Positions 51,108 through 61,728 of a stretch of DNA of 64,000 nt are shown here, one piece after another. Position numbers and translations under genes: made by a program. Position 1 is the first letter of the stretch, and each line of letters begins with the position of its first letter. This DNA comes from Nannocystis sp. RBIL2. GTDB lineage: Bacteria > Myxococcota_A > Polyangia > Nannocystales > Nannocystaceae. The notes under the pieces are model-generated. The model was not told the origin of the DNA, searched no databases, and saw only the letters and a program-made list of their open reading frames with translations. Where the stretch lies: the NCBI RefSeq assembly GCF_026626745.1, contig NZ_JAPNJW010000002.1, forward strand, positions 1,510,151-1,574,150. Direction: 5' to 3'.

Positions 51108-52094
51108 ATGACTGACACCGACGATGCCACCGCCGATGCCGCGAACGAATTCGTCGAGGACATCGTCGTCGTCCAGGAGACCGGCGGCATGGTGCATTTC
51201 CTCTTGATCACCTACGCGCCAGGCAATTCGGGCAACGCGGCGGGGTATGTCTTCCGGCGCCCTGTCGGCAGCGACGGGCCTGCCGAGAACATCCTGGCCA
51301 CCAACGACACGCTCCGTGAGCTGTGGTGCTCGCCGAGCGGCCATGTGTGGACGACGAGCAGCACCGGCCTGGTCTGGACCAGCGCCCCCGTGTCGTGGCC
51401 GGAGTTCACGGCGCCGGACCTCGAATTCGACGCGCCGGAAGGCGGGTTGACCTGGCACCACGTCGCGCTGCCGGCACAGGAGCACAACCGCGCGCGACCC
51501 AACCCGATGGCGATCTGGGGGACCTCGGACGAAGACGTCCACGTCGCCACTTTCGGCGGCGCGCTTTATCACTGGAACGGCCGCGACTGGAAGCAATTCT
51601 ATCCCGGCATCGGCAAGCCGATCGGAGCCATCCGCGGCCGGGCCGCCCATGACGTCTACGCGGTCGGCTACGGCAGTACCCTGCTGCACTTCGACGGCGA
51701 CAGGTGGACACGGATCGCCGATCCCGACGGCCCCGACGCGAACGACTTGCTGTCGGGCATCGTCTTCGGCGACGCCGGGGAGGTGTGCATCTCCGGCAAG
51801 TCTCGCGGCGGACGGGTGCTGCGTGGGTCCGCGACGCAGGGCTTCTCGGTGCTGGGGCGCTACGACGCGCCCATCATCGGCATGGCTCGCGTCGACGGCC
51901 GGCTGTTCTTCGCCGCCAGCAAACAGGGCGTCCTCGAATTGACGCCGGAGGGCCCGAAGACGCTGCGCGACGACATCATCCCGTGGTCGATCGCCGAGGG
52001 CGAGGGCCGCATCTACGTGACGGAGACCCCGGGCGAGGCCGCGTACTCGGAGTTCGACCTCGCCAGCGGACAGTGGCGCCGGCGGTTCTACTGA
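51108..52094 (+). CDS. Hypothetical protein (propeller-like)
   Basis: 328 aa; repeated ..G..L.HW.G..W.. units. Confidence 0.5.
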   Translation: MTDTDDATADAANEFVEDIVVVQETGGMVHFLLITYAPGNSGNAAGYVFRRPVGSDGPAENILATNDTLRELWCSPSGHVWTTSSTGLVWTSAPVSWPEFTAPDLEFDAPEGGLTWHHVALPAQEHNRARPNPMAIWGTSDEDVHVATFGGALYHWNGRDWKQFYPGIGKPIGAIRGRAAHDVYAVGYGSTLLHFDGDRWTRIADPDGPDANDLLSGIVFGDAGEVCISGKSRGGRVLRGSATQGFSVLGRYDAPIIGMARVDGRLFFAASKQGVLELTPEGPKTLRDDIIPWSIAEGEGRIYVTETPGEAAYSEFDLASGQWRRRFY

Positions 52095-52306
52095 ATCGAG
52101 GCCGAGCCGAACCATGAACCTCGGTGGCACGCGCGCATCGAGTCGCATGGCACCCCCGTCGACGAGCTGCCGCCTGTCCCATGAATCCCGTCATCCGACT
52201 CCTATCATTCGCCGCCGGGTGACTTGCAAAGTTGCAGTCGCATGCTCTCCGCGAAGTGATCGGCCGGCGGCCCCGGCCTTGCGCCCGCCCGCGGAGTTGG
52301 TCTAGT

Positions 52307-53596
52307 CCCTCTCGCATGCCCCCCGACACCCATCGCGCCATTCACGCCGTCTGGCGCCTCGAGTCGGCCAGGCTGATCGCCGGGCTCACGCGATTCGTCC
52401 GCGACATCGGCATCGCCGAGGAGCTGGCCCAGGACGCCCTGGTCGCCGCGCTCGAGCAGTGGCCGACCGCGGGCGTGCCGAACAACCCCGGCGCATGGCT
52501 CATGACCACCGCCAAGCACCGCGCCATCGATCACCTGCGGCGGGTCGAGCGGCACGGCCGCAAGCACGTCGAGCTCGGCCACGCCATCGACGCCCGCCAG
52601 GACTCGCCCGCGGCCGTGCTCGACGCGGCGCTCGACGACGACGTCGGCGACGACCTCCTGCGCCTCGTGTTCACCTCGTGTCACCCGGCCCTGTCGAGCG
52701 AGGCCCGCGTCGCGCTGACCCTGCGCCTGCTCGGCGGCCTCACGACCCAGGAGATCGCCCGCGCCTACCTCGTGCCCGAGCCGACGATCGCCCAGCGGAT
52801 CGTGCGGGCCAAGCGGACCCTCGCCGAGGAGAACGTGCCCTTCGAGGTCCCCCGCGGCCCCGAGCTGGCCGCGCGCCTGGCCTCCGTGCTCGAGGTCATC
52901 TATCTGATCTTCAACGAGGGCTACTCGGCCACCTCCGGCGACGACTGGATGCGCCCCGCCCTGTGCGAAGAAGCTCTGCGCCTCGGCCGGATCGTCGCCC
53001 AGCTCATGCCCAACGAGCCCGAGGTCCACGGCCTCGTCGCGCTGATGGAGATCCAGGCCTCGCGTTCGCGGGCGCGGGTCGGCCCCGGCGGCCAGCCGGT
53101 CCTCCTCAACGAGCAGAACCGTGCGCTGTGGGACCGCCTGCTCATCCGCCGCGGCCTGGCCGCGCTCGAGCGCATCGACGCTCTCGGCGGCGCCCGCGGC
53201 CCCTACGCCCTGCAGGCCGCCATCGCCGCCTGCCACGCCCGCGCGCTCACCCCCGAGGCCACCGACTGGGCCATGATCGCCGCCCTCTACGCTGCCCTCT
53301 ATCAACTGTCGCCCTCGCCGGTCATCGAGCTCAACCGCGCGGTCGCGGTCGCCATGGCCGAGGGCCCCGCGGCCGGCCTGGCGATCGTCGACCGTCTCAC
53401 CGGCGAGCCCGCCCTCGCCCGCTATCACTTGCTGCCGGGCGTGCGCGGCGACTTCCTGTTCAAGCTCGGCCGCTTCGCCGAGGCCCGCGAAGCGCTCGAG
53501 CGCGCCGCCTCGCTCACCCGCAACGCCCGCGAGCGCGACCTCCTGCGCGAGCGCGTCGCCGCCTGCGACCGCGCCCTCGCCGGCGAATCGAGCTGA
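52307..53596 (+). CDS. ECF-type RNA polymerase sigma factor with long C-terminal extension (SigJ-like)
   Basis: Region 2 ELAQDALVAALEQW...LMTTAKHRAIDHLRR; region 4 LTTQEIARAYLVPEPTIAQRIVRAKRTL; about 250 aa C-terminal extension. Confidence 0.8.
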   Translation, partial: PSRMPPDTHRAIHAVWRLESARLIAGLTRFVRDIGIAEELAQDALVAALEQWPTAGVPNNPGAWLMTTAKHRAIDHLRRVERHGRKHVELGHAIDARQDSPAAVLDAALDDDVGDDLLRLVFTSCHPALSSEARVALTLRLLGGLTTQEIARAYLVPEPTIAQRIVRAKRTLAEENVPFEVPRGPELAARLASVLEVIYLIFNEGYSATSGDDWMRPALCEEALRLGRIVAQLMPNEPEVHGLVALMEIQASRSRARVGPGGQPVLLNEQNRALWDRLLIRRGLAALERIDALGGARGPYALQAAIAACHARALTPEATDWAMIAALYAALYQLSPSPVIELNRAVAVAMAEGPAAGLAIVDRLTGEPALARYHLLPGVRGDFLFKLGRFAEAREALERAASLTRNARERDLLRERVAACDRALAGESS

Positions 53597-53639
53597 GTCG
53601 CGAATCACCGCAGCGCGCGGCGAATGTGAGCACCGTCGA

Positions 53640-54518
53640 TCAGCGGCCCGCCGGCGCGATCCGCAGCTTGCGCAGCGCCAGCGCGTGGGCGATCCCGTCC
53701 TGCAGCGAGCTCAGCGTCTTGAGGCTCGCCAGGTCGACGTCGAGGTCGACGATCGTCCGGGCCACGCCCGGCGACAGACCGACCAGCAGCAGCTGCGCCC
53801 CGAGCAGCCGCACCGCCTGGCTCGTGCGAACGATCAGCTGCGCCGCATCGCTGTCGAACAGCGGCACCCCCGAGATGTCGACGATCACCACGCTCGCGCG
53901 CGCCTCCCCGATCGCGTGCAGCAGCCGCTCGGTCAGCAGCTGCGCGCGCTGGGCGTCGAACATCCCGACCAGCGGCACCACCACGATGCCCTCGTGGACC
54001 GGCGCGATCGGGGTCGACGCCTGGCGGATGACGTCGAGCAGGCGCGTCTTCTCCGCGAAGGCCGCCTTGAGCTCCTCGAGCTGCGACTCGAGCTGGCGCA
54101 CCTCGAGCTGGGCCGCCTGCTCCTGGAACGTCTGCTCGCGCTGCGCCACGAATCGCATCGCCCCGACCAGCACCAGCTGGAACAGCCAGTCCTCGACGCG
54201 CTGGCGCTCTGCCGGCTCGGCCTCGGTCGCCGCGGCCAGCACCAGCTGGCGCAGCGTGGTCGACAGGTGGCGCAGGTCGGCGTAGCCGAGCGACCCCGAG
54301 AATCGCTGCACCAGCGCCAGCATCGCCTCGCGGCCGGCGGCGTCCTTGCCGCTCGCCACGTCGGCGACGAGCGCCGCGATCACGCTGTCCGCGATCGCCT
54401 CGCAGGCGACCGCGCCGGCGCTGCGGAACACGCTGCCCGCGCGGCGACCCAGGCGCTCGGCCAGCTCCGCGACGAGGCCCGCCCTGGCGCGCTCGATCCA
54501 GCTGAATGCCGTCTGCAT
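53640..54518 (-). CDS. RsbR-like STAS-domain protein
   Basis: C-terminal IVVVPLVGMFDAQRAQLLTERLLHAIGEARASVVIVDISGVP STAS fold; N-terminal helical sensor-like region. Confidence 0.65.
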   Translation of the reverse strand: MQTAFSWIERARAGLVAELAERLGRRAGSVFRSAGAVACEAIADSVIAALVADVASGKDAAGREAMLALVQRFSGSLGYADLRHLSTTLRQLVLAAATEAEPAERQRVEDWLFQLVLVGAMRFVAQREQTFQEQAAQLEVRQLESQLEELKAAFAEKTRLLDVIRQASTPIAPVHEGIVVVPLVGMFDAQRAQLLTERLLHAIGEARASVVIVDISGVPLFDSDAAQLIVRTSQAVRLLGAQLLLVGLSPGVARTIVDLDVDLASLKTLSSLQDGIAHALALRKLRIAPAGR

Positions 54519-54531
54519 CGTCGGCCCGCCG

Positions 54532-55050
54532 TCAGAAGCTCACCAGGTACGTGCACGACGAGCCGCCCTCGTCCATGCAGCCGCCCGTGCCGTGCTCGAC
54601 CAGCGCCGGCGCGCCGACGCGGGAGCAGCAGCCCTCGATGATGCCGATGTTGAGCGGGCACGGGCCGAGCGTGGTCCACACCAGAGTCGCGCTGTTGTCG
54701 TCGTCGAAATCGCAGGTGATGGCGCCGATGTCGGCGGCGCGGGCGTTCATGCGATAGGCCGCGTCGAGGCCCATCAGCAGGCTCTTCACGTCGTCGAGCC
54801 CGGGCGGGAACGGGGCCGTCTCGATCATCTTCTTGCCGACTGCGATCATCGCCCCGCGGCCGATCTTCTCGTAGATGGCGAAGTAGATTTCCATCGCCCA
54901 GTTGATGTCGTACCAGCGCGTGGGATCGATGCGATCGACGCCGGCGTCGCGCAGCACCTTCTGCACGAGCGCCTCCGAATGGCCCAAGCCGAGCAAAAAG
55001 GAATAAAGCGCGGCGCCGTTGTACTGTCCGCCCGACTTGCTGGTTCGCAT
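54532..55050 (-). CDS. Hypothetical protein with Cys-rich C-terminus, co-oriented immediately upstream of STAS gene
   Basis: GGAGGA RBS upstream of ATG 55050; 172 aa; CxxxxxxC..CC..C pattern. Confidence 0.45.
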   Translation of the reverse strand: MRTSKSGGQYNGAALYSFLLGLGHSEALVQKVLRDAGVDRIDPTRWYDINWAMEIYFAIYEKIGRGAMIAVGKKMIETAPFPPGLDDVKSLLMGLDAAYRMNARAADIGAITCDFDDDNSATLVWTTLGPCPLNIGIIEGCCSRVGAPALVEHGTGGCMDEGGSSCTYLVSF

Positions 55051-55567
55051 GAGTCCTCCGACCGCTGGCGCCTCCGCGCGCGACCCGACGCTTCGAAGCA
55101 TCGAAAGCGCCGCGCACGACGCTTCCCCCCTGTACCGCGAACCTCGCCCCACTGTCCAGCTCGCTGCATGAAACGTGCTGGATTGCGCCATGTCTTCGTC
55201 GGCCTCTTCAATTGGCGGGACCCGTCGACGCGGCCCGCGGGACGTCCCCCGATGCGGCGGCAGGACCGCCCCGCGGTCGCTTCGTTCGTTTTGCGTCGCA
55301 ACCTCGCCGCGAGACCTCACCCGACGGGCGAATCTCGCCTCGGAACGCGTTCTATCGCCGCTGCCGGCGCCGCGTGGTCGGGTGTGCCGAAGCGGCGCAC
55401 CCGCCGTCGGCGCGGCACTCGCGGCCGCGAATGAACATTGATTCATCCAATCGCTCGCACCACAATCATGACGCGAACGGTACGTCCGCGCCGGCCGGCG
55501 GACCGACGATTCGCCCTCCCGCCATTTCGCACCGCCGCGAATCGTCGCTGACGCGCTCCTCCACTCG

Positions 55568-56611
55568 CTACGTCGCGAGCCCTGCCTCGCGCACCAGCAG
55601 CGCCACCAGCTCTTCGGCAGGCAGCGCGCGCCCCATCGGCGCGCCCTGCCCGGCCCACAGCTGCATGAGATCGGCCCGCCCCTGCGCCGCCGCGGCCGCG
55701 CGGAGGTCTCGGGTGAGGCCCTGCTGCTGCGGGAACGGGGCCGCCTCGACCGCCGCGAACGCCTCGCTGAAGCGATTGCGGATGCCTCGCGCCGGCCGGC
55801 CGCTGAACGCCCGCGTCACCACGGTGCGCCACGCAGTCGCCAGCGCGGCGCGGTGCACCTCGCTCGTGCCGGCTTCGGGGCAGGTCATGAACGCGGTGCC
55901 GAGCTGCACCCCCGCCGCTCCGAGCTCGAGCATCGCCCGGATCGCGCGACCGTCCATGATCCCGCCGGCCGCGATCACCGGCACCTGCACGCGCGCCGCG
56001 ATCTGCGGCACCAGAGTGATCGTCCCGACCAGCCCGTCCTCGAACGCGCCGAGGAAGGTCCCGCGATGCCCGCCCGCCTCGGCCCCCTGCGCACACACTG
56101 CGTCGACCCCGAGCGCCGCCAGCACCACCGCCTCCTCGACCGTCGTCGCGGTCCCGATCACCGCGATCGAGCGCGCGTGCAGGGCCTCGATCTGGGCCCG
56201 CGTCGGCGCCCCGAACGTGAAGCTGAACACCGCCGGCCGGATCTGCAGCACCGCCTCGAGCTGCGCCTCGAACTCCGGCGCCGCGCGGCCGGACGGCGGC
56301 GGCGAGGGCAAGCCGAGCTCGCGGCGGAACTCGGCCAGGACGGGCGACACGCGCGCCGTCGCGGCCGGATCGTCGGGCGCGTCGGCGCGGACGAACAGGT
56401 TGAGCGCGAACGGCTGCGACGTCAGCGAGCGCAGCTTCGCCGCCGTCGCCTCGATCTCCTGCGGCGTCATGTAAGCGCAGCCCAGCGAGCCCAGCCCGCC
56501 CGCGTTCGACACCGCGGCCGCGAGTGTGGGCGTGTCGGGCCCGCCGGCCATCGGCGCCTGTACGATCGGCCATCTCGTCGGCAACGCGGTCGTCGTTCCT
56601 CGGTCGGTCAT
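55568..56611 (-). CDS. Nitronate monooxygenase (2-nitropropane dioxygenase family)
   Basis: WPIVQAPMAGG, GG.GSLG, VIAAGGI..G motifs. Confidence 0.85.
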   Translation of the reverse strand: MTDRGTTTALPTRWPIVQAPMAGGPDTPTLAAAVSNAGGLGSLGCAYMTPQEIEATAAKLRSLTSQPFALNLFVRADAPDDPAATARVSPVLAEFRRELGLPSPPPSGRAAPEFEAQLEAVLQIRPAVFSFTFGAPTRAQIEALHARSIAVIGTATTVEEAVVLAALGVDAVCAQGAEAGGHRGTFLGAFEDGLVGTITLVPQIAARVQVPVIAAGGIMDGRAIRAMLELGAAGVQLGTAFMTCPEAGTSEVHRAALATAWRTVVTRAFSGRPARGIRNRFSEAFAAVEAAPFPQQQGLTRDLRAAAAAQGRADLMQLWAGQGAPMGRALPAEELVALLVREAGLAT

Positions 56612-56722
56612 CGCCGACGATCATGCATCACCCTCGGGCCTCCGCCCACGACGAACTCTTCCGTCTTCGCCGTGACCCGTGCGATTCGGGCCTGGGGCCG
56701 CCGCATCGCGTAAGGTGAGCCC

Positions 56723-57723
<1,001 letters not shown>

Positions 57724-57727
<4 letters not shown>

Positions 57728-58479
57728 TCCTCATGTCCACCGCGAACGTCGCCGCCGATCACTACGAGCTGTACTACTGGCCGGGCATCCCCGGCCGCGG
57801 CGAGTTCGTGCGCCTCGTGTGCGAGGACGCCGGCGCCCCCTACCTCGACGTCGCCCGCCGGCCCGCCTCCGAGGGCGGCGGCGAGGCGGCCATCGTCCGC
57901 GCGCTCGAGTCGTTGCCCGGCCTGCCCGCCTTCGCCCCGCCGATCCTCCGCGCCGGCGAGCTGGTGATCGCCCAGACCGCCAACATCTGCGGCTTCCTCG
58001 GCGATCGCCACGACCTGTCCCCAGGGACAGAAGGCGGCCGCGCCGAGGCCATGCAGCTGCAGCTGACGATCTCCGACCTCGTCGCCGAGGCCCACGACAC
58101 GCACCACCCGATCTCCACCGCCCAGTACTACGAGGAGCAGCGCGACGCCGCGAAGCTGCGGGCCACCGCCTTCCGCGAGCAGCGGCTGCCCAAGTTCCTC
58201 GCCTACTTCGAGCGCGTCCTGCAGCGCAGCGGCGGCCCGTGGCTGCTCGGCGACGCCTGCAGCCACGCCGACCTGTCGCTGCTGCAGGCCCTGCTCGGCC
58301 TCGAGTACGCGTTCCCCCGCGCGTTCGCCCGCCAGGCCCGCCGCGTCCCCGAGCTGCTGCGCCTGCGCGACCGCGTCGCCGAGCGCCCGCGGATCGCCGC
58401 CTACCTCGCCTCGCCGCGCCGGCTGGCCTTCAACGAGAACGGCATCTTCCGCCGCTACCCCGAGCTCGACCCGGCCTGA
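57724..58479 (+). CDS. Glutathione S-transferase family protein
   Basis: N-terminal thioredoxin-like [18 protein letters not shown]; C-terminal helical domain; GTGA overlap with previous stop. Confidence 0.75.
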
Positions 58480-58493
58480 GTCCCGCGGGCCGG

Positions 58494-58520
58494 AGGCATG
58501 TCCTTCGGGACATGCCCCAA
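58494..58520. repeat. Hairpin-repeat copy in convergent intergenic region
   Basis: ggcatgtccttcgggacatgcccc. Confidence 0.75.
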
Positions 58521-58543
58521 GAGACACACGCCTCGCGCGCTCG

Positions 58544-59278
58544 CTACGCCCCGATCCCGCAGCACGACAGCGCCTTGGCCTCGAGCTGTTCGAAGCTCTC
58601 GCAGATCGGCTCGGACGCGCACTCGCCGAACTTGACGTCGGCCTCGAAGCACTCGCAGGCCGCCTCGGTGCAGCGCATCGCCATCTCCGGCTCGCCGGCG
58701 CACTCGCGCGAGAGTTCGCAGGTGAACGGATCGCCGTCGCCGCCGCCGCCGCCGATCGAGCAGGTGTTGCCGAAGCCGCACACGTCCTCCTGGGCGATGG
58801 CCTCGTCGGTGCAGGGACCCTCCTCGCCCTGCTCGATGTCCTCGATCTGCTGGCACGTCAGACCCGCCTGACAGTCCATGGTGGCCGTCGCGGCCGCCAG
58901 GCACTCGCCCTCGAGCTCGGCCAGGTCCGCCTCGCAATCCTCCGGACAGGTCGCCGCCTCTTCCGGCGTGAGGCCGACGCACTTGGCCAGCATCACGCAG
59001 TACTTCTGACAGGTCGTCGTCTCCGGTGGATCGCCGGCGCTCGTGCTGGTCTCGCCGGGACTCGTCGACTCGGACTCTCCGGTGGTCGCCGGCGTCGTCG
59101 GCGAGCCCGTCGAGGTCGGCTCCGTGGCGCCGTCGGTCGCCGTCCCCGACTCGGTCGCCGGCGCAGTGTCCTCGCCGCTCGTCGACGGCTCCGTGGCCGC
59201 GTCGGTGTCGTTCTTCTCGCCGGGACAGGCCCCGAGCAACAGGGCCGTGAGGATGAGTCCATTTTTAGGATTGAGCAT
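58544..59278 (-). CDS. Cys-rich lipoprotein with Thr/Ser-rich linker
   Basis: Lipobox LLLGAC; over 20 Cys in C-terminal half. Confidence 0.6.
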   Translation of the reverse strand: MLNPKNGLILTALLLGACPGEKNDTDAATEPSTSGEDTAPATESGTATDGATEPTSTGSPTTPATTGESESTSPGETSTSAGDPPETTTCQKYCVMLAKCVGLTPEEAATCPEDCEADLAELEGECLAAATATMDCQAGLTCQQIEDIEQGEEGPCTDEAIAQEDVCGFGNTCSIGGGGGDGDPFTCELSRECAGEPEMAMRCTEAACECFEADVKFGECASEPICESFEQLEAKALSCCGIGA

Positions 59279-59715
59279 GTCTGTTCTCGCTGGCCCGCGG
59301 CCTGGCAACCCGGCGCGCGGCGACCCCCGAAACCGCCCGCCGCCCCAGGGCATTCCTGCCGGTCGGATCGGCGTCGGGTCGGAACTGCTCGCGCCCCTTC
59401 ACCCTCGCAGTGGCCGCACCTCGGAGTTTCTGTCGCCCGAATTCGGGGCGGAGCCACGTTCGCCGCCATCGCGCGGCGCTCGTGCGCCTGCGACGTCCTC
59501 ACGTCGAGGCCGACGCTGTCACCTGGCACTGCCCATCACCCCCGGTCGCCCTGCCGTTCATGACCGAGAGCGCCCGCCAGCGGCTGCTCCGCCAGGGCGG
59601 CCTCTTCCTCGTCGACGGCCGTTTCGCCCTGTTCGAGGCCATCCGCGAGCCCGGCGCAGTCTGCGAGCCGCAGTGGGCGTTTCGCGCCGCGAGGCGCTGA
59701 GCCCGACCGGTCGCG

Positions 59716-59757
59716 AAGACATGTCTGCACGGACATGTCCTCTTCGCCATGTCACTG
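59716..59757. repeat. Hairpin-repeat cluster
   Basis: gacatgtctgcacggacatgtcctcttcgccatgtcac. Confidence 0.7.
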
Positions 59758-59900
59758 CGGCGCTCCGAGCCGGACGTGCATGACTCACGAGACTCGACCG
59801 ATGCCCGGTCGCGCCGCCTTCCCGCTCGAGAACACCGCTCAGCCCGCCGACTGCACCCCGCTTTCTCGACCCCCGACCCACCTCGTATCATTCGCAGCGC

Positions 59901-60992
59901 ATGCCCACCCGCCGCCGCTTCCTCGCGCTCACCGCCGCCCTCTCGGCAGCCGCTTGCAGACCGCGAGCCACGGCCGCCCCGCCCGAGCCTCCGCCGCGCC
60001 CGCTCAGCCTGCTGGTCTTCGGCGGCACCGGCTTCATCGGCCCGCACCTCGTGCGCCACGCGGTCGCCCGCGGCCACAGCGTCACGATCTTCACCCGCGG
60101 CCGGCGCAAGGTCGACCTGCCCGACAGCGTCGAGCGGCTGCTCGGCGACCGCGACGGTCAGCTCGGCAGCCTCGAAGGCAGGCGCTGGGACATCGTCGTC
60201 GACGACTCCGCCACCCGCCCCGAATGGGTCCAGCAATCGACGCAGCTATTGAAGGACCAAGTCGGCCGCTATCTCTACACCTCCTCGACCGGCGTCTACT
60301 ACCCCTATTTGAAGCCCGGCGCCGACGAGACCTGGCCCGTGCGCACCGAGCTCACCGATCCCGAGGACGGCTCCGAGGCCTACGGCGTGGCCAAGGCCCG
60401 CTGCGAGCGCGAGGTCCTGCAGACCTTCGGCGAGCGCGGCCTCGTCGTCCGGCCGACCTACATCGTCGGCCCCGGCGACACCACCGATCGCTTCCCCTAC
60501 TGGCCCGTCCGCCTGCAGCGCGGCGGCGACGTGCTCGCCCCCGGGCGCCCGGGCGACCCGGTCCAGCTCATCGACGTCCGCGACCTCGCCGAGTTCATGC
60601 TGCGCCTGCTCGAGGACGGTCGCAGCGGCATCTACAACGCAGTCGGCCCGCGCGAGCCGATCACCATGCCGCAATTCCTCGAGGCCGCGCGCGCGGCAGT
60701 CAACCCCGAGGCGCGCCTGGTATGGGTCGACGACTACGCCTTCCTCGAGGCCCACGGCATCCAGGATGCTGTCCCATGGGTCATGTTGAAGGGCAACGAC
60801 CTCGGCCACATGGCGACGCGCAACGCCAAGGCAGTGGCCGCCGGCCTGCGGTTCCGCCCGCTGGCCGACACGGTGCGCGACACCCTCGCCTGGTGGCCCA
60901 CCGTCCCCGCCGAGCGGCGCGACGCGGCGCAGTTCGCCATCACCCCCGAGCAGGAGGCGAAGGCGCTGGCCGAGTGGCGCGCGCGCGGCTGA
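59901..60992 (+). CDS. NAD-dependent epimerase/dehydratase family protein with Tat-like signal
   Basis: RRRFLALTAALSAAA twin-Arg; VFGGTGFIGPHLV Rossmann; YGVAKARCE catalytic YxxxK. Confidence 0.8.
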   Translation: MPTRRRFLALTAALSAAACRPRATAAPPEPPPRPLSLLVFGGTGFIGPHLVRHAVARGHSVTIFTRGRRKVDLPDSVERLLGDRDGQLGSLEGRRWDIVVDDSATRPEWVQQSTQLLKDQVGRYLYTSSTGVYYPYLKPGADETWPVRTELTDPEDGSEAYGVAKARCEREVLQTFGERGLVVRPTYIVGPGDTTDRFPYWPVRLQRGGDVLAPGRPGDPVQLIDVRDLAEFMLRLLEDGRSGIYNAVGPREPITMPQFLEAARAAVNPEARLVWVDDYAFLEAHGIQDAVPWVMLKGNDLGHMATRNAKAVAAGLRFRPLADTVRDTLAWWPTVPAERRDAAQFAITPEQEAKALAEWRARG

Positions 60993-61653
60993 CCGCTACC
61001 GGCGCCTCCGCCTCGGGGTTCCAGGTCGGCCGCCGGCGCGATGCTCCGGACATGTCCTTCAGGCCAGGTTCATCTCGCGGCACCAGCGCGACGCGGACCA
61101 GCTGCAGCTCGCCGCGGTGCGCGGCGAGGAAGCGGACCAGGCGGTCGAAGCGGCGGTGATCCCCGCCCTGCCGCGACCACGGCACGTCGACCCGCAGCGT
61201 CGCCGACCCCGTCCACGACAGCCGCGCGTCGGGCTCGACCAGCCGCACCGCCGCCACCGCGAGCTCGCTCGGCTGGCGCAGCACCAGCTCGATCTTGCCG
61301 AACCACACCGCGCCGTGCAGCAGCCACGGCTTCAAATCGCCGACCGGCACGGGGTAGCGGGCGATCCGGCGCCGCAGCCAGCCGTCGGCCGGGACCTCGC
61401 GGTCGACCGCGCTGCGGGCCAGCGCGAGCATGTTCCACAGCAGGAACGCCGCGAACAGCTGCGGCATCATCGCCACGCCGCACACGACCGCGGTGAACAC
61501 CCCCGCCACGCGCGCGGCGCCCCAGAACTCGTGCGGCGGCCCCGGTTCGGACCAGGCCGGCAGCCCCTCCCGCAGCGCCCGCTCGAGCGCAGTCTCGACG
61601 AAGCTGCGATACGGCTCGCGGGCGACGGGGGGCTGTCCTTCGAGCGCACGCAT
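60940..61653 (-). CDS. Hypothetical membrane protein
   Basis: 237 aa ORF with TM-like segment; 3' end overlaps convergent gene by about 50 nt and covers a hairpin repeat, so C-terminus doubtful. Confidence 0.35.
   Translation of the reverse strand: MRALEGQPPVAREPYRSFVETALERALREGLPAWSEPGPPHEFWGAARVAGVFTAVVCGVAMMPQLFAAFLLWNMLALARSAVDREVPADGWLRRRIARYPVPVGDLKPWLLHGAVWFGKIELVLRQPSELAVAAVRLVEPDARLSWTGSATLRVDVPWSRQGGDHRRFDRLVRFLAAHRGELQLVRVALVPRDEPGLKDMSGASRRRPTWNPEAEAPVAVSRARATRPAPSPPARG
61044..61068. repeat. Hairpin-repeat copy
   Basis: ccggacatgtccttcaggcc. Confidence 0.6.
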
Positions 61654-61728
61654 CGAGCCACCCCAAGGCTAGCAGCCAGCCCCGGACCGCGCACGCGCCC
61701 CGCAGCGAGGCGCGGCCGGAGCGGCCGG

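Noticed and set aside
59546-59700. 46-aa ORF (MTESARQRLLRQGGLFLVDGRFALFEAIREPG...) between lipoprotein and epimerase genes
   Set aside because: Too short and surrounded by hairpin repeats, with no RBS or motif support. Left uncalled.
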